From: the human T2T-CHM13v2.0 reference genome, Homo sapiens
Length of the DNA: 64,000 nucleotides
Direction: 5' to 3' (one strand)
Assembly: GCF_009914755.1 (NCBI RefSeq)
Contig: NC_060945.1
Below, one piece after another: positions 25,650-37,679 of this stretch (position 1 is the stretch's first letter; each line of letters opens with the position of its first letter). The translations under genes and the position numbers were made by a program. The notes beneath the pieces were generated by a model. It had not been told where the DNA came from, did no database searches, and worked only from the letters and a program-made list of their open reading frames with translations.

Positions 25650-26375
25650 AATACTGTTGTATACTATTCACTTGGCTTAAATGAAGATATCTGAGCATGT
25701 ATAGTGTTGGAATGGCTGTGGATAAAGAATTTTCACAAATTACTGTTGAATGTGTCAATCGATAAAACTACTTTGAAACCAACAACTTGGATTTATATTG
25801 TAAGATTAAACAGATATATAAAGATACATATATCTATATATGTATATATGAATCTATATATATAGACAGATCTTATGATACAATAATTTCATACTTCTGT
25901 TTACCCAAGAGAATCTTTTTTATATATAAATCTTTTTTATATATATAAAAGTTTATATATAATTTGTATAAATGCATATATATCTTTAATATGCCTATAT
26001 ATGTTTGTGTATATATATGCCTGGAGCCATTTAAAGAATATGGTTCCTGATTGTTATAATGATATACTCAATATGTTCAAACTAACCAAGACACTAATCC
26101 AATGGAGAATGAGTAAACATATTACAAAAAAGTCACACAATTAAATATCACACAAGAGTAAAAATGAAGGGACTATGTAAATAAATATAGGTAACAAATA
26201 CTGAGTCAAGAAAGCCAGTCCCAGAAGACCATAGGGGACAATTTTATATAAAATTCAAATATAAGTAAAATATTACATTTTAGGTAAATATATATAGAGA
26301 GAGATAAAACATACAGAAAGATGTGATAAACCCCAAAGTCAAAGTAGGAATTAATTCTATCAGTGATAAAATAGA
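25650..26375 (+). mobile_element. Old L1ME-like 3' fragments with TA-rich low-complexity expansions
   Basis: aaaactactttgaaa...ttatgatacaataatttcatacttctg...tactgagtcaagaaagccagtcccagaaga. Confidence 0.5.
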
Positions 26376-26379
26376 GAAG

Positions 26380-26827
26380 TGCTAAAAAAAATTGTTTAAT
26401 GATACTTAAATCATCAGGCTGGCTTTATTCAGGACCATTGTAATAGGTATAGAGATAACTGCAATGGGATTTTCCAGTGGGAAAGAGAGATTGGGCTTAA
26501 CTCCGAATACAGCATGGGGAAGTGGGAATTTATAGCCAAGGAGCAGGGTGGGGGTTAGTGGATAGAAAATCACTAACAGGAAACATCGGGAATAAAGGGG
26601 ATTCTGGCTAAACAGACCTTAAGGATTTTGATGTCACTTGAGAGATGGTAGAGAATGACAAATCTGATCAGATATTGAGGGTGATCTGATATCAAAGATA
26701 GAAGGTTCTTGGTAAACTGACTTAGCAGGGTTCTTTGCTAAAACTGGATTTTACAAGGAGGTTCATAGACTGGCCTATAAGAAAGTGCAGGAGCATGACT
26801 AAAGCTTGGCCAAAGACTCCTTTGTCA
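26380..26827 (-). mobile_element. MER31A-like (ERV1) solo LTR
   Basis: The reverse strand begins tgacaaaggagtctttggccaagctttagtca and contains aaaatccagttttagcaaagaaccctgctaagtcag and tggctataaattcccac. Confidence 0.8.
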
Positions 26828-27155
26828 TTAGGAATGTACAGATAGGAGTTGTTGGCATTCACTACTCCTTATCTTTGGCAATGTGTTCGTGGATGTTCAT
26901 CATATTATTAAAATAAATATTTTAAAATAAATTAATAATAAAAGCCCCCACATGAAGTTAATGTGTAATAAATTAAATAATTTTAATCAGTTCAGGTTTT
27001 TGCACTTGAATGCCAAAAAGTAGGCGTTTCAGTAAACTTATAAACAAAAAGAAACCAAAAAAAAAGGAAGAGTTGCAATTAGCTAGGCAGAAGTTGGATG
27101 AAGCAATGATAAATGAGGAGTGTTCCACATGAAGAGAACATTTGACTAAAAAATA

Positions 27156-27480
<325 letters not shown>

Positions 27481-27957
27481 TTCACAACACATGCCTCAGC
27501 TTCTGTGTGTCAGACACTACCTTATATACATTACATATATCACATACATTATACACATACATTATATGTATACATTATATATATTATATGGATAATATGT
27601 ATAAACACACCCACACATATATAAACTCACACTTCTCGCAACAACCTTTTCTTCATTTTACCTAAGCAAATTTTCACATAGAAAGGTCACATAACTAGGA
27701 AATGGAAAAGTACATGCACTTCACCAATACACCATTTTGTGAGTGCCAGAATGTGCAATGGAAGAAAGTCCTAGCCAAGGAACAAAGAAAAAGTAGAAGG
27801 AAAGAAAGTACTAATACCCAGAAAATTGTGCTAGCCCTCCACAAAGACACAAATGAGAAACAGATTCAAATCTAAAACCTTGACCAAACTCTCTCTCCTA
27901 AAATAATTAGGCAAGGAACAGAAGACGAGCAAAAGAGAAAGATAAGAGTCTGCCCCC

Positions 27958-28335
27958 TGTCTTAGTCAGTTCAGGCTGCTAAAACAAAATATCATAAAAT
28001 GGATTTCTTCTAAACAAAAGACATTTACTTCTCACAGTTCTGGAAGCTGCAAGTCTGAGATCAGAGTGCCAGTATAGTCAGATTCTGGTGAAGAACCTAT
28101 TCTGGGTTCAAACTATCAACTTCTCCTTACATCCTCTTATGGTGGAGGGAGCGAGCCGACTCTCTTGGGTCTCTTTCACAGGGGCACTAATCCCATTTAT
28201 GAGGACTCCACACTCATGATCTGACCACCTCCTAAAGGCCTCACCTCCTAATACCATCATCATTGAGGTTAAGATTTCAACATATGAAATGTCAAAACAT
28301 GTTTTGGGGAGAACATAACTATGCTCTCCGTAATA
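27958..28335 (-). mobile_element. MLT1A-like solo LTR
   Basis: tgtcttagtcagttcaggctgctaaaacaaaata...tctcacagttctgga...gatttcaacatatgaa. Confidence 0.8.
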
Positions 28336-28542
28336 TCTCCTGACTTCAGATAAATATTGCTGTCACAGAAGCACAGATACTCAGTCCCTCAAAACTTCAA
28401 CATTCAGCAATGGCCATGCTTTACAAAAAACTAGTTTTTGGAAAAGGGTGCATGCAAGGGTATTAAAGCTCCCTCTTCAATCTCCCAGAGGCTCAGACTC
28501 CAGGAGCCTCAGTTCAGGAAACCGCAGAGGCAGTTTCTTCAA

Positions 28543-28740
28543 AATTGCTTAATTTTTACATATTTGTAGATATCCCACATTTTCTCTCTGTTATTGATTT
28601 CTGATTTGATTTCATTGTGGTTGGGGAAGATACTTTGTATGATTTCAGTCCTCTTAATTTTACTGGGACTTATTTTATGACTTACTATATGTCCTATCAT
28701 GGAGAATAATCCATGTGTACCAGAGAAATAAATATTTTGA
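28543..28740 (-). mobile_element. L1M ORF2 endonuclease-domain fragment
   Basis: The reverse strand translates TEIIQSIFPNHNEIKSEINN, a degenerate form of the L1 EN SDH motif region. Confidence 0.75.
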
Positions 28741-29811
28741 AATAAGTAGGGTTTCTAGGGTAAGCAGTTTCATAGGAAGACTCAGAGACAAAGCCTAAAA
28801 TACCAACTCTCAAGAGACCAGAGGACAGGAGTGCTGTGTCACTCAACAAAGCCACATCCACTGAAGACCAAGGACCAGGAGTACAGGGCTCCATGGGGAA
28901 GGGCAACTTAGAAAGTTTTGGATTTGCTGCAGATTTGTTGACTTTTCAAGAGGGCACTGATGTATTCGGTCCCTCTCTCTGAGAGAGAAGACACCCCCTC
29001 TCCTACTTGATAACTGAATGATGCCATAGTTACTACCTGATGTGCAGTTCCTTCAAATAGAGAGGAAGTACACTGGCCACAATCTCTGAACAACAGACAT
29101 AGAGGACTGGCTTACAGGGGAAGCTAAATTTTTCACTTTATCATGGAGCACTAAACCTCTGCTATTGTATTTGGCAACAGAAATGAGGATCAAGATTAAA
29201 CAATGAGTGCTGAGTCTCAATCCGTTTGGGGAACCTGCTATAGTAGCGGAGGTTTCGGTAATTTTTAAACGTAATGCATAAAGATTGATTCTGAGAAGAT
29301 ATTGTGTGTTGCACTCTTAAAGATACTAAAAAATGAAGCATGCTAAGCACTTAGTTTGAACCAACAGAACATCTGAACTAGGGAAGGAACCAGGGCCAAC
29401 AAGCTTTACTGGCTTTGGATGGCTCCATGGAAGACACAAAAGATTCTACAATTATTGAATTAACCACAAATCTACCAAGGCCGTGGCTACTATTTGGAAA
29501 GCAATTTCATGACAAGTGGAAACCAAGTGCTCTGACATTATGCTGGTTTCTGCAAAGGGAGATTGCCACATTCTGATGAATCATAGGTTGGTTATTAAAC
29601 CCAATGCATTAAAAAAGAAACCCTGGGGAATAATAAAAGATATCACCATTTCCATGGCTTCAAGTTGCCATTGCAGGGATTCCCATTAATAATTTTCATG
29701 ATCTCTTTCCTCACTTCCCCCTGCCCGAGGGTAATATCTTTGGCTCTACATCCACTAATTTCAGTAAGTTGAAAGTACAGTCACCTTACTGGTACCTAAA
29801 GCAATAGTGTT

Positions 29812-29897
29812 GTCACACTCAATTCTTAACTTCAATTCTTAACTCAATTCTTAACTCAATTCTTAACCAATCATGGTCACACTCAATTCTTAACTTC
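29812..29897. repeat. Nested tandem/direct repeat of a 12-bp unit (tcaattcttaac)
   Basis: Four consecutive units; gtcacactcaattcttaactt occurs at 29812 and again at 29876. Confidence 0.9.
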
Positions 29898-29924
29898 TAA
29901 ATTAATATTTTTAACCTCATTCTT

Positions 29925-30543
29925 TGAGCAACACAATATTAAAATTACCATATGATCCAGCAATTTCACTTCTGGGTATATAACCAAAAGAATCGGAAGC
30001 AGGGACACAAACATATATTTGCATCTCATGTCATTGCACCAGCATTCACAATAGCCCAAAAGTGGACACAACCTAAGTGTCTCTCTATGGATACATGGAT
30101 AAACAAGACATGATACATATATGTAGAATAGAATAGAATATTATTCTGCCTTAAAATAGAAGGATAGGATTTTGGCACATGGTACAACATGGAAGAACCT
30201 AGTTCTAAGTGAACTTAGGGGTTAGGGAAAGAAGCAAGTCACAAAAGAACAAATACTTTATGATTTTATTCATATGATGTACTTAATATAGTCAAATTCA
30301 GAGAGCCAGAATGTAGAATGGTGGTTGCCAGGATCTGGACATGGGGAAGCAGGCAATGGGGAGTTATTGTTTAATGGGATAAAAGTTTCAGTTTTGGAAG
30401 ATGAAAAACATTCTGGAGGTGGATGGAGGTGATGATTGTACAGCAATATAAATCTACTTAATGCCCCTGAACCATACACTTGAAAATGATTAAAGTTATA
30501 AATTTCATTATGCGTATTTCACCAGAAAAGTTAATTTAAAAAA
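29925..30543 (+). mobile_element. L1MB (about L1MB3) 3' end
   Basis: ttaccatatgatccagcaatttcacttctggg...gagttattgtttaatggg...gatgaaaaacattctggag...tacttaatgcc. Confidence 0.85.
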
Positions 30544-31083
30544 TCTTATTGTATAATGCTATTCTAGAATATTAATATTATGCTTGCAACACTGCTCTAA
30601 AATCATGTGTTTGAAGCTTCTGTTGCTAACTTCTGCATGTTCATCCAAGTGCAGTGGTTTTCTTAATAGATCTTTCACCGAAGATGCTTTTTGATGGGTA
30701 AGTCCTTGGGACTTTATTGTCTTTTTTTCTTAATCACAGCTACTTAAGCAAGGAAAAAATGAAATTTATTTGATTTGTGTGTTTATTTTCTGTAATCAGC
30801 ATAATCAAATAATTTGCACATTAAAATATTTCTGCTGAGTTAACTTCTTAAAGTACTTTCAAGTGTAAGTCTAGATGATTTACGCCTAAGTATAAATGAA
30901 ATAAATACGCTCCTTGGAAATTGTCTCGTGTTTTACTCTTCATACAAGTTTTACTTCAAAATATACATGTATTTCTCTGACCAGAATTGGGTTTCAACAA
31001 TAATAAAACCAATACAGTCAAATAAACTGCAGTGTCTTTCAAAACAAATCCACAGGTTAGGCAACTACCAAAAGATTAGTTTG

Positions 31084-31404
<321 letters not shown>

Positions 31405-31679
31405 TTAATTTGATGAGAACAAAACTAAACCAAGAACATGTCAAATTAATTATTAATAAGAGTAGTAAATAAAATTTAGTTTTTTTAACCTCATGAAAGC
31501 TTTGAAGTGAACAAAGGAAGATGTTTGATAGAATGAAATGTTGCACACTCCAAAACCACATTATAACTTTATAAGCATTATTTCTGTGTCTGTATGTATT
31601 TATGTGTAATGGTGTATGTGTGTGTATCCATCCTTGAAATTTAATCCCAAGTTACAATCTTTCTTTTTTTTCTTTACAG

Positions 31680-31965
31680 CTGAAGAGCATTGACCAAGTT
31701 ATTATCTTCAACTCTCTCAAAGGGTGAAGAGAGAAAAGCAACACTGAGTCAACTGGCTGGTTTTTCATCCCTTTCTCTTCTTCAGTTGTGGGCTGGAGAG
31801 AGATGTAATTCCAGGACATTGGCCAGCCTTTTGTTATGTGGATACGCTTTACACAACTACAGTTTATCCATCAGAATGAAATACAGACAAAAGCTGAGGA
31901 AATCAGTCTTCTTAATAGATAGAAAGTGATCCTTTCTGCCTCCAAATAAAACTGAATTATAACAT
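31680..31965 (+). other. Candidate terminal exon of a non-coding transcript
   Basis: Strong acceptor ctttcttttttttctttacag| at 31679, AATAAA at 31945-31950, and no repeat recognised. Based on motifs only. Confidence 0.35.
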
Positions 31966-32382
31966 TCTTCGTATTTCTCTGGGTACACATCTGGTTTAAA
32001 AATTAGAAGTTAAATTTTAAAAGTAGGCAGAAGTTTGTATTTAGAGAAAGACATTTTAACTGTAATAGTGATCATTATTTTAATGCTTATAAAGTCCAAT
32101 CAAAGATAAATGTCAAACCATAACTGAATATATTGTGTGCTGTGTGAGAGATGAAATACATAGAGAAAATCCACTTTAAATGGTAAAAAAAAAGAAAAAA
32201 TATATTATGGCTTTTTTCTAGGGAATATTCTGTAAAGAGAATGGCAAAGCTGTGCATTGAAGAGCCAACTTCAAAAAGGTGAATAAATAGTGGAATATTT
32301 TTATTTGTTTTCTGCTTTTTTCAACCAATGTTTCACTGAGTATGATTAATAATACCATTTGCTACTAGTAGAAGACTGAATT

Positions 32383-32641
32383 GGTTGGGTGCATCTGTGG
32401 CTCATACCAGTGTAATCCTAGTGTTTTGGGAGGCCAAGACAGGAGGATTGCTTGAGGGCAGAAGTTTCAGACCAGCCTAGGCAACATAGTGAGACCTTGT
32501 CTCTACAAAAAACTAAAAAAAAAACAAGCTTGGAGTCTTGGCACAGGCATGTAATCCTTGCTTCTCCGGAGGCTAAGGTGGGAAGATTGCTTGATCCCAG
32601 GAGTTTGAGGCTGCAGTGAGCTGTGACCACACCACTGCACT
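32383..32641 (+). mobile_element. AluJ-type SINE, 3'-truncated
   Basis: ggaggattgcttgag...gcaacatagtgagacc...gaggctgcagtgagc; stops at ccactgcact with no tail. Confidence 0.85.
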
Positions 32642-32767
32642 ATTAAGCAAAGGTAATCAAAAAGTTTGAGAGTTTGCATATATCAAGAACTTTATGATAT
32701 CATATTTAATATTCATATTAGTATTCTAATATAGATAATATTATTTCCCTTTTCCAATGAACAACAA

Positions 32768-33044
32768 CAGCAAACTAACACAAGAACAGAAAACCAAACA
32801 CCGCATGTTCTCACTCATAAGTGGGAGTCGAATGATGAGAACACATGGACACAGGGAGGGGAACATCACACCAGGGCCTGTTGGGGGTCGGGGGCAAGGG
32901 GAGGGATAGCATTAGGAGAAATACCTAATGTAGATGATGGGTTGATGGGTGCAGCAAACCACCATGGCACGTGTATACCTATGTAACAAACCTCCATAGT
33001 CCTGCACATGTACTCCAGAACTTAAAGTACAATAATAAAAAAAA
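32768..33044 (+). mobile_element. L1PA7/8-like 3' end
   Basis: aaactaacacaagaacagaaaaccaaacaccgcatgttctcactc...gtagatgatgggttgatggg...agaacttaaagtacaataataaaa. Confidence 0.9.
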
Positions 33045-33777
33045 GAGGCTCCATAATTTGCAAGAGGTATATAACTTAATATTCACACAAACTGCTGGCT
33101 TTATTTACTGGCTCTGATCCCCCTCCTGAAAGAATAAGGTTAAAAAAATGCTGTAGGATATGTATTTGATGAAGTAACGTTTGGCTACGATACTGAATTC
33201 AGCTGGGAAAAGGTACAGGAAAAATGTATGCGAAACTAAGAGATTTCAGAATACTGGTCAAAGGTCTCTGTTTGTTGAATTTTTGGTCTTAGCTAAATTG
33301 TGGCTAAGCAAGCAGTAATGCATGGGAGTTCAATTGAGGTTAAAAAGGACCATATGGGTCAATGCCGGGGAGCTTAAAGACAATTCCTTTGAGAACCTGT
33401 GTGACTAGGAACCTGGATTCACACAGTTAATAGAAAAACAGAACTTTGTAGGAATTTGTTGAGAAAAGTGAAATTAGATCATATGGGGACTGTGAAGTTA
33501 TGTAAATCAAAGGCACTGTCTGAGGGCTCTGCCATCTGCAGGTCATGTTGACCTTCCTGGCCAGGGGCTCTCATTATGTATATATGTTGTGAACAGGTTT
33601 TGAGCGTTCTGCTGGAAAAGGGTTTGAGGAAAACTAACTCCTCCCAATGTTTACAGTCATATGAGAGGCCGAAAAGTTGTAAAAGATGATGAAAGAAATA
33701 AATCTAGTAGGAAGGCAGAAGTTTTAAAAAGTCTCTGAAGAAATAGAAGAGAATCAAGGTCGTTGTCAGGATGTAAG

Positions 33778-33958
33778 ATGTGGTAGAAAGAGGGACGTGG
33801 TGCCCAGATGCCTCTTCAAGGAAGATCTTGCTGCTCAGCTCTAAGGAGTGCAGTCAGAAGTATTTCCCCCTTCTATTACCTGGTGTTGGCTCTTATTAAA
33901 TGTCATTCATACCAAATTCTATCTCAGAATTTGCTTCTGGAAGATCCAATCTGAAAAA
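33778..33958 (+). mobile_element. LTR33-like ERV-L LTR relic, internally deleted
   Basis: gcccagatgcctcttcaagga...tgctcagct...ggagtgcagtcag and atctcagaatttgcttctggaagatccaatctg. Confidence 0.45.
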
Positions 33959-34758
33959 TATAAAGTTGTTAAATCAAAGCCTGTGTTTCAAAAAAGGAAC
34001 AAAAAGAAAAGATAATATGTTTCCACTAGAGAGATGCAGTGTCTACATAGGCTCTAAAATGAAGGTCAATCTTGAAAAAATAATGAAATCTCCATTTGTG
34101 TATGAAGATCTCAGAAAACCTTTAGTCCTCATCAATGGAGAAAACAATGAAACTGGAAAGAGAAGACTAAATCTAGTCTTCTAGATTCTATCATTTGCTT
34201 AGTTAAATAAACTTGAGAAAGTCACTTGTTATCAGTGAGCCCCAATTTCTTATTTGGCAAAATAGTCCACTACATAGCTAATCAGAGTGCGTGCTTTCTT
34301 CTTCCTTTGGGCATTTATTATTGCTGCAATATCCTTTGTAAGTTGTACTAGAATATCCTAGCAACTAGAAGAAAGGATAAGTATACAATAAATAATTGAG
34401 ATGTATTATATACAAGATATGACTTTTTGAAGCACCTGATCAGTAACACTTCTGCTGTATTTCAGAAAAATAAAGCTGCTCCCCAAATTCCTTAATTTTA
34501 CATTTAATAATTTTGACATATTTTTGAAGAACTTCTTGTATAAATTAACTTTTTTTGGTAATTGAATTTAGGTCACTGGGACAGAATAGGATTCATTTAG
34601 AAAGCAAGAGAAAACATTCCTTACCTCCATGCAAATTTTTTGAAAATCCCATGAGAATTCTTCTTTTAAGTTATGTATGATGGGTCACTCACATTATGAT
34701 GATGCTTTCAAGCTTCATGAATAAAACTGACTATTCCTTGCTTTTCCCTTCCAGTGTA

Positions 34759-34790
34759 TTAGGACTGCAATTACTTTTGCACCAACCTAA
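34759..34790. mobile_element. Made1 (Hsmar1 MITE), internally deleted, with TA TSD
   Basis: ta|ttagg...actgcaattacttttgcaccaacctaa|ta. Confidence 0.85.
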
Positions 34791-35584
34791 TACATGAGCA
34801 TTTTTATATGTTTCTCTCAGATAGACTATGAAACCCCCAAAACAATGACTACTTGGGCTCTGTATCCCCAGAAGTTTCCAAGTGTTTGATGTATACTAAA
34901 GACAAAAAATATATATAATAATAAACTGGTTATGAGTGACTTAGGTATATACTGCAATAAACATGTTCAAATTGTTCTTAGCTGAGTTACTTATTTTCTA
35001 AGATGGCAAGAGAGAATGGAGGATTATTCTCTGTTCTTACACTAACCATAAAATGATCATGAGTAGTTTAGACCAGTAACAACGGTTCATTACATATTTG
35101 TGCAAATACTGTATTCTACTTCTACCACATTCCCACAGTGTGATCTTGTAAAACCTTTATGAACTTCAAGGACTTTGACATTGCAATGAGTGTAGTAACT
35201 CCTACCTAAAAATGTAGTTTTAAAGAATAAATAAGATAACGAATGCAAAGTCTTAATGTGGTATCTGGCTACTGTTAGTATACCACAGCAATTTTTTTTT
35301 CTTACTATCCATGGCCCAAAAAGAGCTGCCTCATGTGGTGAGTTTCCTCCAAAGTATTAGAAGATAGTATAGCTACCAATATCGCTTTATTGATCAAATC
35401 TTGGATTTGAGATTGTAACTCTTAAATAAAGAGTTCATTCAGGCTCTCAGAATCAGGCAACGTATTAATATTATGATGTTTGTCACATCATGGGAGCTAG
35501 AATATGGACTTCTGCACAATTCATGCACCCATTTTCTTATTAAGACTCATAAAATAAAAAGAAGTATATAGCCTAATGTAATAT

Positions 35585-37216
35585 TGATGGTGGTGGCAGC
35601 CCATCTGTAGCAGCTGCTGCCATAATGCCTGCTGCAGTGAGGGAGGTTTGGCCAGGGCTGTCTACTCTGTGGAGCCTGTGGGAGCCAGGAACAGGCAGGA
35701 GCCATGCCACCTTCTGAGTTAAAGGGGCAGGATCCCTGCCCTCCTGGGAGCAGCCATAGCTGCCCAGCTGCAGCTGCAGACCCAGGCATTCTTGTGGTCT
35801 CCGGGGCCCAGGAAGTTCCCTTGCCCCCAGTCTCGGAAGTGCCTGCTCCTGTTGCCTGGCCTCTCCCTGCACCTGGTGTCCACTCCAGTTTTGGAGCAAA
35901 GTGGTGGCCGAGCCCAGGCACTGTTGCTACCTGGTCGGTGTATACTCACTTGGGGCAGTGCTAACTCTCCAGCCCCCTGCTGCCTCAGACCCTTCTCAAC
36001 TTTGGGCTTCAACAAGCACAGGAGGGAAGTCAAGTGGGGGCAGAGTACAGTTCAGCACGGGCCTACAGAAGGCCCTCAGCACTAACAGCCGGGGCACCAT
36101 GGGCACCATAGATGGCAGGTTGATGGTGGCAGGAGGCAAACAGGCTTCTGGGAAGAAAGGGGTGGGTCCTGGTGAAGCCCCAACTTCAAGACAGAGACAG
36201 CCTGAAGCCTGGGGGCTGGGCTGCCAGTTCTGTGGACCAGAGTGAGAACTTATGATGCTGTTTTTGGGCCCACCTATAGTTGCCCATGGACCAATCAGCA
36301 TGCATTTTCTTCCCTCTGAAGCCCATAAAAACCCTGGACTCAGCCAGACTTGGACAATGCGATGACCTGTCTGCAGATTGGAGCTATTAACTGTGGGTCT
36401 CCTCTCTGCTGAGGGCTCTGCAGATGATGGGATGACCTGCCTGCAGAATGGAGCTACCCACTCTGGGTCTCCTCTCCACTGAGGACCGCACAGAAATTGT
36501 GACTACCAGTTTCAGGAAGGAGCTACACACTCCAGATCTCCTGAGAACTGTTCTGCCACTCAGTGAAGTTCCTCTCTGACTTGCTTACCCTCCAGTTGTC
36601 TGCATATCTCATTCTTCCTGGATGTGAGACAAGAACTTGGGACCCACTGAATGGTGGGACTAAAAAAGCTGTAACACAAACAAGGCTGAAACATGCTCCC
36701 TGCTCACCACATTGCGGGCAATGAGAAGGCGAGAAGAGCTGAGGCCCTTTGTGAAGCCCAGACCTAGGGGCTCCCCAAGCCAGAGCTGTGACATTCTCTT
36801 TGAGGCTTTGTAGTTCTTGGAATCTCCAAGCCTCTGGCGCCACCATGTTCTCCTTGTCCAGCCATGGGTGCCCTCAGTGGAAGTCACATGCAATACATAT
36901 GGCCCAGCCACGGCCATGCATGGAGCTGGCACTTGTGCTCATACCTGGAACTGCCTGCCCTGCCGCAGCAGTCAGAGTGCCTTGCTGTGTGCAGTGGCTG
37001 GACCCCACGCTCATTCACCCACACACCCCTCTCCACTCTGTGCCTGGCTCGCACTTGGCAGATGTGGGATCTGGACTGGTAATGGGAACTGAGCTTAGCC
37101 TGTCGGGCCAAGTGGGTGGGATGAGCCCACTGGGCATGAGCAATACTTAGGCAGAAGGTGCAGCTGGCCACAGAGGTTTCCAGCTGGAGAAGCGGCACCC
37201 TATGTATCCTGTGACA
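35585..37216 (+). mobile_element. MER52A (ERV1) long solo LTR
   Basis: GC-rich 1.63 kb, tgatggtggtggcagccc...tcctgtgaca; CCAAT at 36291-36295; TATA-like cataaaa at 36324-36330; internal repeats of about 70 bp at 36358-36545; approximate TSD atat/atct. Confidence 0.85.
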
Positions 37217-37679
37217 ATCTTTCCCTTCCTCTGTTCACTTTTAACTCCCTTCTAACAAAGTGATTAGCAAGTCTTCCACCACAAAGTTAGATTATAATTC
37301 AGGAATGCCTTCAAGTTTCTCATTTTCTTGCTGTGTACTCATTTCTTCCTCCATCAATAGTGAATCAGAGATTCCATTTCCCCATCTGAAATTATAAGAC
37401 TAACTTTACAGGAATTTGTGGGAATTAAATGAGTTCAAGGTTCTTAATAAACTAGAAATAATTTATTCCATCTGTATGTCTAATACTATTATATTATTAC
37501 TGGGACTTTATTACTTACTATTACTTTATTACTTACTATTGATTTTATTTACCTACACTTTCCAGCTATATGAAACAGAAATAAAATTAAATTACATAAA
37601 TTCTATATGCCAGCATGAGAAGAAGCAATGTATAATAGCAACAGAAAATCATATTAAAAATAAAATATCTCCATTCATA

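Noticed and set aside
25800-26030. TA-rich palindromic stretches (also 7020-7090 and 27520-27620)
   Set aside because: Self-complementarity is trivial for (TA)n low-complexity DNA.
29812-29897. CRISPR-like repeat and spacer appearance (also 47315-47438)
   Set aside because: Primate DNA, no unique spacers of regular length, and no cas genes.
30205-30227. TTAGGG-G-TTAGGG inserted in L1MB, a possible telomerase healing mark
   Set aside because: Only two out-of-register units, and the first is equally explained by the fold-back ctaag-tgaa-cttag.
35547-37198. Dense overlapping ORFs of about 70-125 aa on both strands in a GC-rich island
   Set aside because: Explained by the GC-rich MER52A LTR, where stop codons are scarce. 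CpG is depleted, so it is not a CpG island.
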